A stretch of DNA of 64,000 nucleotides, from the NCBI RefSeq assembly GCF_006345805.1, contig NC_042997.1, positions 181,846,001 to 181,910,000 on the forward strand. The letters are read 5' to 3'. The notes under the pieces were generated by a model. The model did no database searches. It was not told the origin of the DNA and was given only the letters and a program-made list of their open reading frames with translations. The stretch comes from Octopus sinensis. Taxonomy: Eukaryota. Shown one piece after another: positions 53,567 through 64,000 of this stretch. The stretch's first letter is position 1; each line of letters starts with the position of its first letter. The position numbers were made by a program, and so were the translations under genes.

Positions 53567-53902
53567 GGTAACCCTTTCGGTCATGAATGACCATGGGATT
53601 GCATCTAGAATGTTAATCCCCGAGGCACAAATCCGGGCAAGGTTGTTTTATGGAAGACCAGCAGTCGCCCATGCATACCTGCCTCGGCTCTCCACGCCAT
53701 TTATGTTATCTAACGGAAACGGCAAAGGCCGATACGGTGTGGCACCAGTGACGTCGCAACTCATTTCTACAGCCGAGTGGACTGGAGCAACGTGAAATAA
53801 AGCGTCATGCTCAAGAACACAACACGCAGCCCGGTCCGGAAATCGATCTCACAACCTCACGATCGTAAGCTCAACGCTGTAACCACTGAGCCATGCACCT
53901 TC
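53565..53902 (-). mobile_element. SINE family C (variant tail)
   Basis: Homologous to 9600-9943. Confidence 0.85.
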
Positions 53903-53942
53903 ACACACACACATACACACACACACACCACACACACACACA

Positions 53943-54044
<102 letters not shown>

Positions 54045-54294
54045 ATTATATTTATGTATATATATTATATATGTTGCCCTCCACTTCTCCTGCACTATCT
54101 CTGATACGCCTGTCTCCTTTCTTGACCATTCGGTCAGCTTTCATCACTCCACTCTCGCCACCTCCATCCACTACAAACACACAGAGTCACACTCATACCT
54201 CAACTTCTCCTCCTCCCACCCTAACCACATTTAGGGTTTATGTCTACGGGGAAGCACCTAGACCAATGCCTCGTAGACATAAACCCTAAATACC

Positions 54295-55306
54295 AAATCT
54301 TCCCTCTCTATCAATGCACTGGAAACACTTCAACCGAATTCCGTTTGAATAAGGAAAACATCATGATTAAAAAATATAAACTACAAATAATATCCTTTAG
54401 AAAGAAGAAAAAACTGTAAAAAGAAACAAGACTTAATTTCAACACAAAAAAAAAAAACAGGAACAACAAATAATTTTTTTAAAACTTTAGTAACAATCTT
54501 CCACCCGGGTTCCGAAACCGCAACTTCAAATTACCATACAAACACCAGCTGCTGACGTCAACTACCTCCAGTCAAATGAAATTCTACAAACACTAGTTGC
54601 TGACGTCACCTAACTACAGACCAATCAAAACCGAACTTCTGCGAATACAACGAAATGACCCTTAAAGAGAACCAACCAACCGAAACCATTTATGACCATA
54701 TCCACAAGGAAACCAAACAAGCAGAACGATAAGCTTGACCACGGAAAAAAAGTCACCAGTTTTTTAACGAGTCAAAAATCAGACCCACTCGCGGAGAAAA
54801 ATTATAAATTCATCTGATCCCAAAACATACCATTACAAGCGAAAGCGTGTATTAGAAGAGGATCAGAGAAACTGTAAACCAAATTCCATTTTTATTTTAT
54901 TATTTTCATTTCACACTTCCTTTTTTCAATATGACTTGTCGACCACCACTAAAATTAATGAACTTTGTACATTCAAACAAATTAATATGCAGTTTTAATT
55001 TTATTGACTGCTATGAACATCACACCTGTTTTAAACATGTTAATTTATCAACTTTGAAACATTTTAATTTGTCAACATTGAAACATTTTAGTTTGTCAAC
55101 ATTAAAACATTTCAATTTGTTAACATTGAAACTTTTAACGATGTTTTTCTAATTTTAAATTTTTACCATTGATAAACAAAAAATGTTGTTGAAACTAGTT
55201 TGGTATATATGTAAATAAATGTATTTTAGAGTTTTTGAAATTTAGGCGCATTTTCAACACATTTTCCTATATTTTTTCCTGCGTGTAAATACTACCCCCT
55301 ATTTTG

Positions 55307-55308
<2 letters not shown>
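54295..55308 (+). mobile_element. Penelope-like element extreme 3' end + UTR/pLTR
   Basis: FPLYQCTGNTSTEFRLNKENIMIKKY aligns with FPLYQCSQNTSVQHRMNKQATFINKY at ~57105; 24-bp tandem repeat at 55030-55135; hammerhead at 55164; ends in (TA)n. Confidence 0.65.
55164..55205 (+). ncRNA. Minimal type I hammerhead, U3:A8 variant
   Basis: uacca-UUGAUAA-acaa(aaaaug)uugu-u-GAAA-cuag-UU-uggua. Confidence 0.55.
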
Positions 55309-55339
<31 letters not shown>

Positions 55340-55340
<1 letters not shown>

Positions 55341-57640
55341 AATCCAACCTTCATGTAAATGAATGAAAAGACCTAATCGAGTTAAACCTCACCATTAAAG
55401 AAGCCGACAAAGGAAGTGCGGTAGTGGTGATGGACACAGAGTACTACAAAAAATTTAATACTCTCCATGTTGGAAAATAATATTTACTATGAGAAGATAG
55501 TACAATACAACCCACAGAATAAATTTTAAAACTTATCCTCCTTACTTCAAATGCATGGAAAGGGTGTCACTAAACATGAAATAGACTATCCAATTTTAAA
55601 TACAGACCTAGTCTACTCTACGGTTTACCTAAAATACACACAAAAAAACATATATTTGTAAAGCTTGCACAGTTCCTCCAAGCCTATGCATTCATGTTTC
55701 TTCCCCTACTGACCTCAAAATGAGACCCATCATTGCTAGCCCTGCTTGTAAAACACACCGTTTGGGCAACTACCTCGACCGTCTCTAAAATATGTGAAAA
55801 ACTTCATCAGGGATGACTTAGACATGCTGAACCACCTCCCGAAGACAATAAATGAAGGAACCCTGTTAGTAGTATTCGATGTGATGAATTTGTACACCAA
55901 TATCCAACACGATTATAGTATAGAAGCGAGCACCCTCTGGCAAGAAAAATACCCAAAAGAGATCCCAGGACGCATTAACCACAGATTCATAATCGCAGCA
56001 CTCAACTTCATCCTACTGAACAACTATTTCATGTTCGATGCAGTTTACTACCGACAAAAATGTGGAATTGCAATGGGAACCCGAGCTGCTCCAGTGATTG
56101 CTAACCTTGTAATGGGTTACCTAGAGCTTAAAATATATCAATCATTACTGCAAAAATATGGCACCTCATTTCATTGCTACTTAAGGGAGAACTGGAAGAG
56201 GTATTTGGACGATTTCTTTATACTTTGGAAAGACAGCATGGACAAACTCCTCGATTTCAAAATAATGCTTAACAATATTAATAGCGACATACAATTCACC
56301 ATGGTGCAAAGCAGTAAACAACTCCTTTTTCTTGACATCCTACTTAAAATAGTCAATAACCACATCGAAACAGACATCTTCTATAAACTCACAGATTCTA
56401 AACAATACCTATTATTCAACTCATGCCACCCCAAACACATAACAATTAATATACCTTATAATCTAGCGAAAAGAATCTGTACCATAGTTTCGGACACCTA
56501 TACTCGTGAACGAAGACTCCTTGAACTCAGATCAATACTAATCAAAAGACATTACCCAATATCATTAATAAATGATGGCATTAAACGAGCTATGGAAATA
56601 GATATACAAACATTAAGAGAAGTCAACCGAAATACTAAACAAGACTTAAAAATACTCCCGTACATCTCTACACATAACCCTAGAAACAACGAAACCTTCA
56701 ACATTATCACCCAAAATCTTCCCATCCTCACAGGAGATAAAACAATGAACAAAATTTTAAGCTCACACAAAATCCTTGAAAAACTATTAACCAGCGCAAG
56801 ACTATATCCATTAATAACAGAACCAAAAGTAAAAAAATGTGTTCGACCTAACTGTGGTACATGACCCCACCTTTTGTATGGTTCATAATTCCATTTTAAA
56901 CAAGGTTAAATATTTAAAATTAAATCAAATTTCACCTGTGCCTCGGAAAATCTAATCTATGCCATTACATGCCAAACAGGAATAACACTGTTTCGAAGAA
57001 CCACTCTCCACAAAGAACAAATCCGCCACACACAATATAGACAGATACAGGTTAGTGAACACATAGAAAGGTGTGCTAGGAATCTTAATCCTGATTTCCT
57101 AACTTTCCCCCTCTATCAATGTTCACAGAACACCTCAGTACAACATAGAATGAATAAACAGGCAACTTTCATCAATAAATATCTTCCATAACTCAATATG
57201 AACACATAACATAATACAGAACATTACTAACTTTTCAATTAATACCACTAACCCCCATACATCCCATACGCCATTCACATTACAGATCTATATCTACCCT
57301 AATTGCACCAGATCCATAACTACTTACCTCCCTTACATATAATCTTTTTACTCAGAAACTAGTAGACCTGACAACGTTCATTAATCGGTGTGCATTCAAA
57401 GCAATGATTTGTAAATTGACGAAACCAATATGCTTTTAAATCTCTTTAACAACTCACAATAATGACTTCTATTACTTTTATTCCTACCCCAGTTCATCTA
57501 ATTGTATATATCTATCGTTACTTTTCATAAAACCGCTTTACTTTTTTTGATTTCAAATATGCATTTTCGCTTATCTTCCTTCTTACTTTCCCCTTACATT
57601 ACCACGTGTAGTTTCTATTTTCTCTTTGTAAGACATTTCT
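55340..57640 (+). mobile_element. Penelope-like retroelement, 5'-truncated and frameshifted; RT ORF remnant 55794-56864, GIY-YIG remnant to ~57210
   Basis: IKEADKGSAVVVMD, LYGLPKIH, RPII, FDVMNLYTNI, GIAMGTRAAP, RYLDD, FLDI, SCHP, PNCGT, FTCASENLIY; (TA)n on both sides. Confidence 0.93.
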
Positions 57641-57669
57641 ATTATATATATATATGTGTATATATATAT

Positions 57670-57700
<31 letters not shown>

Positions 57701-59546
57701 TAATATATATATATATATATATATATATACCATGCATGCACACACGAGGTAGGCTGAAAAGTTCATAGGCTAACTATGAAGGAGTGATGCTAGAGCTGTG
57801 AAATCTTGCATGCATTAATTCCAACACCATGGTCCAAGGGAGACAATACTTTAGACAGTTGGTATAAATATTTGAAATATCGGCATACTAAATTAGCAAC
57901 TGTTTAACTAAATGTCCAAGTTCAGAATTGTTAAAGCTGTATATTAATTGGTGTATATCATCTAAGAAAAGTTTTATATCAACTAGTCTGTCCGAAAAAT
58001 ATTATTTCAACTAGTCTGTCCGACTAGTTGAACTTTGTCTGTTTTGCTTGTCTCCTCTATGTTTAGCCCTTTGTGCGTATATGTGATCTGCGTCTTTATT
58101 GGTGTTTTAAATGAAGATATGTTATATTCCATGTTTGAATTTTACTCATTCCAAACTATTACTTCCAAATCAAATACTGTGTAATGACTATTGATTTATT
58201 ATATCAACTATATCGGAAGAGGCATATTTTCTGTTGTAATAAAGTGAATAAGAGGAAAATGATATGTAATTAATTATTGTTGCTATACTTGTGATCAATA
58301 CCTTTATTTTCCTGCATGACCGTGTTTCAAGGTTATTAACCTGCTCTCAAAAGTGTGGAACGTCGAATCCTTGTAGCTTTTTGTTGGTTTTAATAGCTTC
58401 AGATGTAGATGGAGTATAGTGAAATTTGTGATAGCATCTCAATGTTTATTTACCATAGTATCTAAATATCCAATTTTGCAGTACAGCTTGTCGATATTTC
58501 CAGCTAATTTTGTTATCCATATGGGTGGCATATATTGAGTTTTTTTCATTCTCATGTGTACCGCAAGTATCTATTATGTGTCGTTTCACAGCGATAGCAG
58601 CTATATACAAAAAGTTACTCATAGTCCAATACGTGTTACCACATGTTTTCATTTGTCTCTAGTGATATCCTCAATAACTTTTAACATGAGGCTACTTGCT
58701 TTTTTCTTTTTTTCATTTTTATTATATTTTTCAACTCTTGTCCAAGAAGTGGTCTGTTGTCTAGAGACAGCTTCAAGAATTTTTGGGAAAAAATCGATGC
58801 ATTTGATTATGCATATATTTACACATTTATATGTGTGTGCAAGAATGTCTTTATCTGACTATTTATATATGTAAGTAGGTATATCTTCGTCTGTATGTAT
58901 AACACGCAGTAGATTTTGATCGTTTTCTTTTTCTGCTTTTATTTCTATTTAGAAAGAAGATATTGTATCGAATTCGGATGAAATAAAGATTTTCTATTTG
59001 AATAGCTCCAAGTTACCAATCGACCTTTTAATTCCATCAGCAATTCAACATGCACTACGTTAATCCTTTAGTCTGTTAGACCAGCATTTTGTTGCTTGGT
59101 TTCAGAGGCAATTGTTTAGTTCTTTCTACGGAATATTTGACCTTCAGGACAATAGTTCTTGACCTTTAAAGTTACATCATCTTATCGAACAGACTTTTCG
59201 TAAATAATATAAAAAAGCGATTACATTTTATCATCATTATTATTATTGTTGTTGTTGTTGTTTTTGCAATTGCTTTTGATTTTGTTGCTGTTCTAATAGT
59301 TGTTGTCATTATTGTCGTTGTTGATATTAATAAGAATGGAAATAGAAAATTTATTTATTTATTTATTTTCCAAAAAAAGTTTCTTGGATTTATTGCTTAA
59401 TGTTTATGTAAAGAGAAGATGAAATGACTATGGTGAAAAAAAAATTAGGAGGAATAGATAGAAGCATCAATAATGACTGTAAGAGAAGGTGCGAGGTAGA
59501 AAAGGTGGAAGAGGTAAGATGAGAAGGAGGGGAAGAAGAAGGAGAC

Positions 59547-59547
<1 letters not shown>

Positions 59548-59616
<69 letters not shown>

Positions 59617-59700
59617 AAGGAGAAAAAGAAGAAGAAGAAGATGATGATGATGATGATGATGATGATGAAGAAGAAGAAGAAGAAGAAGAAGACGAAGAAG

Positions 59701-59731
<31 letters not shown>

Positions 59732-59898
59732 GATGATGATGATGATGATGATGATGAAGAAGAGAAGAAGAAGAAGAAGAAGAAGTAGAAGGAGAAGAAG
59801 GAGGAGGAGAAGAAGAAGAAGAAGAAGAAGACGAAGAAGAAGAAGAAGAAGAAGAAGAAGAAGAAGAAGAAGAAGAAGAAGAAGAAGAAGAAGAAGAA
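59548..59898. repeat. Compound (AAT)/(GAA)/(GAT) microsatellite
   Basis: Direct inspection. Confidence 0.95.
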
Positions 59899-60269
59899 AA
59901 GAAATGCAAAAAAAGGTAAACAAAAATATATATACGCCGAGAGGAAAACAAAATAGCTAAGTAAGAACGAAGGAAATGAATGATGGAATTAGCAAGTAAC
60001 AGAAGAAACATTTGGATCATACAGAAGATTGCAAGTTGGCTCTTGGTAGTGATTTCTAAAGTGAAAATAAAACTGGGAATCCGAGGAGACAGGTGATCGT
60101 TTACGCGGCCAACGTTTTACTCCATAAGGAGGATTGTTAGGAGAATTTCGATAATTCAAAAATTGCCGTAAGGAGCGAAGAATCTTTATAGAATCTAAGT
60201 TCTTACATGACTCTCGTAGTGGTTGGGTTGCTGACTGCACCGCCGTGATGTTATGTTGGTGTTAGTGAT

Positions 60270-60550
60270 GAGGGCGGTGGTGGTGGTGTTGGTTGTGGTG
60301 GAGGTGGTGGTGGAGGTGGTGGTGGTGGTGGTGGTGGTGGTGGTGGAGTTGGAGGTGATGATGGAGGTGGTGGTGGTGGTAGTGGTGGTGGTGGTGGTGG
60401 TGGTGGCGGTGGTGGTGGTGGAGGTGGTGGTGGTGGTGGTGATGGTGGTTGTGGTGGTGGTGGTGCTGGTGGTAGTGGTGGTGGTGGTGCTGGTGGTAGT
60501 GGTGGTGATCTGGTGGTTGTGGTGGTGGTGGCGACGGCGGCGGCTGCGGC
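60270..60550. repeat. (GGT)n-rich tract
   Basis: Direct inspection. Confidence 0.95.
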
Positions 60551-61066
60551 GATGGTGTTAGTCACAGGTTAGCTCTAATTGAGTAAATCTATGGCCTTGA
60601 AAATGCGGTGCAGTATTGTCACTTAGGAGACGTAGAAAAGTTCTCCAGTTATTATTTGGTACAGTTTTCGCTTTCATGCACTGAATCCTGCTTATAAGCA
60701 TCTTCCACGTGCAACCTTGATATATCACACCAAATCTGCAACGAACCGATGAACGGAGGCCTGAGAAATATAGTCTAATGAAATCATCTCGATCTTGCTT
60801 TCTTCAACAACACAAGTTTCTACACATATAAAGAAAACATCAGATCTCCATTTATTAAGCATGATCGACGCACAAATGGAACTCAAAATGTTGCTTTAAT
60901 TACTAGGCTTCATCATCATTGAAAAATATCTCCCTGAAATCTCCCATTTTCAACATAGCAAAGACTGCATCACGAAGAGTGACTTTCTTCGAGGTTAAAT
61001 GTTTTTGCTCCTAAAATATTTCAGCTCCCAAAAAACACCTGTCCATTTACAAAAGTTAAGGGAGAG

Positions 61067-61226
61067 CAGGCCCGTCGCCAAAAATTTGGTCCTGGGAGTG
61101 CTTCAGAATATTCTAGATGGCCTAAAGTAGAGTTTCGAAATAAGTGTGGTACTGTAAATCTGAGGGTGCACTATTGAATAATGAAGGTGAAGTATCGTCC
61201 AGTGCATCTCTTTTGCGACGGGCACG
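61067..61226. mobile_element. hAT-like MITE
   Basis: TIRs caggcccgtcgc / gcgacgggcacg; imperfect 8-bp TSD agggagag / agtgagaa. Confidence 0.55.
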
Positions 61227-61496
61227 AGTGAGAACCGCAATGCAATAATTCACTGACATCTGTATCAGTGATGTTACTACGCATAGAAATTTTCTAGACC
61301 AACCGAATGATTAGTAAAAATAAGTCGATTGCCAAAACGCGTTATAATCTCTAACCCACTGACTTACTGTCTCTTCTCTGTCTCTTCGCGCTCTAGCTAC
61401 TACTGTGAACTCTGTTTAATAGAGCTGGCTGGCTGGTCTCGTGCTATCTTGCCTCAGGCTCTCCTGAGTTACTAATCTCACGGCCTCTCATCTCGC

Positions 61497-61725
61497 GGCG
61501 AGCTGGCAGAAACGTTAGCACGCCGGGTGAAATGCTTAGCCGTATTTCGTCTGCCGTTACGTTCTGAGTTCAAATTCCGCCGAGGTAGACTTTACCTTTC
61601 ATCCTTTCGGGGTCGATAAATTAAGTACCAGTTACGCACTGGGGCCGATGTAATCAACATAATCCGTTTGTCTGTCCTTGTTTGTCCTCTCTTTGTTTAG
61701 CCCCTTGTGGGTAGTAAAGAAACAG
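61497..61725 (+). mobile_element. SINE family A monomer
   Basis: 15-bp TSD ggcctctcatctcgc. Confidence 0.92.
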
Positions 61726-62114
61726 GCCTCTCATCTCGCTACCTCTTATGTCCCATATAGTATCCGTCTCCATTATTTCAATTACTAGACCAATCATTTT
61801 AAATATTCCTTTGTCATATATTTAGCGCTCTGTGATTCTCTCCCTTCTCATGTTTACTTAGTAATTTTCGAGAGGAACATACATTGGTCTTGGTGGACAT
61901 ATGGAAATCGAAGACAGAACTTGGATCAAAGCATTTTTTTGTTTCTGTTTTTACATACAGAAAATTGATGGTTGCTACTGGCTGTGATATTCTAGCTGCG
62001 ATTAGTAGGTCCACAAAACGATTTACACATACGATTATACACACAGTGTGTACACATACGAGTAGCGTTTCAAAGATATTACTTACACTTACAGTGTAAG
62101 TTCTATCGGAGAAA

Positions 62115-62254
<140 letters not shown>

Positions 62255-62483
62255 ACAGACAGATAAATATGTAAGTAGACAGGTAGGTATCAGAAATCAA
62301 TTGATGATTGATTCCGTGATGTGGTACAAAACTGAATAGCGATGGGGTTAATCACTGACTGATTCCTAAAACATGTATACTCCATGTCATGTATTGAGTG
62401 TTCTTACTTTCATTTTAAACAAAATTTATACATCTATATATCTATAGACTTGTACACACACACATATATACATATATATATAC

Positions 62484-62533
<50 letters not shown>

Positions 62534-62653
62534 CATACATATGACACACACGCGAACCACGCACACACATACATACATACATTCATATATACATATGTAA
62601 ATACATACATGCATACATACATACATACATACATACATACATACATACATACA

Positions 62654-62684
<31 letters not shown>

Positions 62685-63376
62685 CTACATTTGTTATATA
62701 GTGGGAAAACTTGTCTCAAGAGGAAATTTAATTATGCTTTTCCTAAAGTATGTTACTCCATATTGAATTAAAGATACGAAGATTAGATCTAACAAAATAT
62801 ATTGATATCGTGGTCAAAATAGTTCAGGAAATTATCGACATTGATCTTGAATTATGGAACTGTATTACATTAACCATACTATTTATTTATTTATTTATTA
62901 CATTTATTTAGTTTCGTATTTCCATATTAATCTTGAAGCTTTGAAAACGGTGGAGCAGCTGGTAGCAACAGTAATAGCTATTGCATCATATATCACTTTT
63001 CTAACTGTAAATTATTTGTTGGATATAAACATCGTAATAACAGCTACTGCAAAAATCTATACTAAATCCAGTTGTCAAATAGCTAGCTAAAACTCTGTGT
63101 AAGTTCTGTTCGTATTCAACAGAATATCGTAATAGCTGTTACATAGAGAATCTATTCAAACTAAACGCGATTATCAATAAGCTAACTCTTCTACGTTAGC
63201 AGATGACAGAAGCTTTCATCATCACCTGACATTCTTTTATTATAGTTTTTTCACCCCTTTTTTTTTTTGTGGTTTCTTTCATCGGACTGTGTCCGTGATT
63301 GAGCCTCCGTCTTGAAGTCTTTGCTATTTTCATTTTTATTTTATTCATTTATCTATTTATTTCTGTCAATTATACT

Positions 63377-63783
63377 TATTTCTTTACTACCCACAAGGGG
63401 CTAAACACAGAGAGGACAAACAAGGACAGACAAACGGATTATATCGACCTCAGTGCGTAACTGATACTTAATTTATCGACCCCGAAAGGATGAAAGGCAA
63501 AGTCGACCTCGGCGGAATTTGAACTCAGAACGTAGCGGCAGACGAAATACCTATTTCTTTACTACCCACAAGGGGCTAGACACTGAGAGGACAAACAAGG
63601 ACAGGCAAACGGATTAAGTCGATTATATCGACTCCAGTGCGTAACCGGTACTTATTTAATCGACCCCGAAAGGATGAAAGGCAAAGTCGACCTCGGCGGA
63701 ATTTGAACTCAGAACGTAACGGCAGACGAAATACTGCTAAGCATTTCGCCCGGCGTACTAACGTTTCTGCCAGCTCGCCGCCT
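63377..63783 (-). mobile_element. SINE family A dimer
   Basis: Two units + one head; TSD tgtc(a/g)attatac. Confidence 0.9.
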
Positions 63784-64000
63784 TTATGTCGATTATACCA
63801 GTTTCCAAAACATTACCTTGTATTTTTTTAGCAACATAGTCAAAGCAAGACAGTCAAAGGCAGGTTTTGAAATTAGTGGGAGGTAGGAAGAAAGTTATAC
63901 TCAAAGTAAGAGACCTGAGCTCAATGCTTGCAACGTAATGGACTCTGTCAGTTGCAGTTAAGGACCAGGAGACGGTACTTAATTGAGAAACTAGTTAAGT

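Noticed and set aside
55794-56864. Intact or domesticated reverse transcriptase gene, retron or telomerase
   Set aside because: Penelope-type RT with frameshifts and stops upstream and a broken GIY-YIG domain downstream
57367-57430. Hammerhead in the 3' region of the 55-57 kb element
   Set aside because: Core (ctgacaa...gaaa) and stems are too degenerate to support
59390-60565. Poly-S/L/R/P/V ORFs
   Set aside because: Trinucleotide repeats with no splice or codon evidence

Overview
AT-rich, microsatellite-dense eukaryotic non-coding DNA (intergenic or a large intron). The SINE repertoire suggests a cephalopod, probably Octopus; this is recognition from memory, not a database result. I found no intact host protein-coding gene, and most entries in the ORF track are microsatellite or SINE artefacts. 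The window is a patchwork of three tRNA-derived SINE families, decayed Penelope-like retroelements (RT + GIY-YIG), RLE-, RTE- and CR1-like LINE fragments, Tc1/mariner remnants, MITEs and non-autonomous Helitrons. Three signals stand out. (1) A heavily decayed, Maverick/Polinton-like integrase-to-minor-capsid segment is followed on the same strand by a histone H4 pseudogene with an internal duplication (~6.1-9.1 kb). (2) Head-to-tail SINE multimers share one exact junction and each sits inside a single TSD. (3) There are about eight minimal type I hammerhead ribozyme folds, some with variant cores such as U3:A8, several inside short non-coding elements with inverted/direct repeats inserted in (TA)n tracts. 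Coordinates were read by eye and may be off by a few bases. Protein family calls come from manual translation against remembered motifs.
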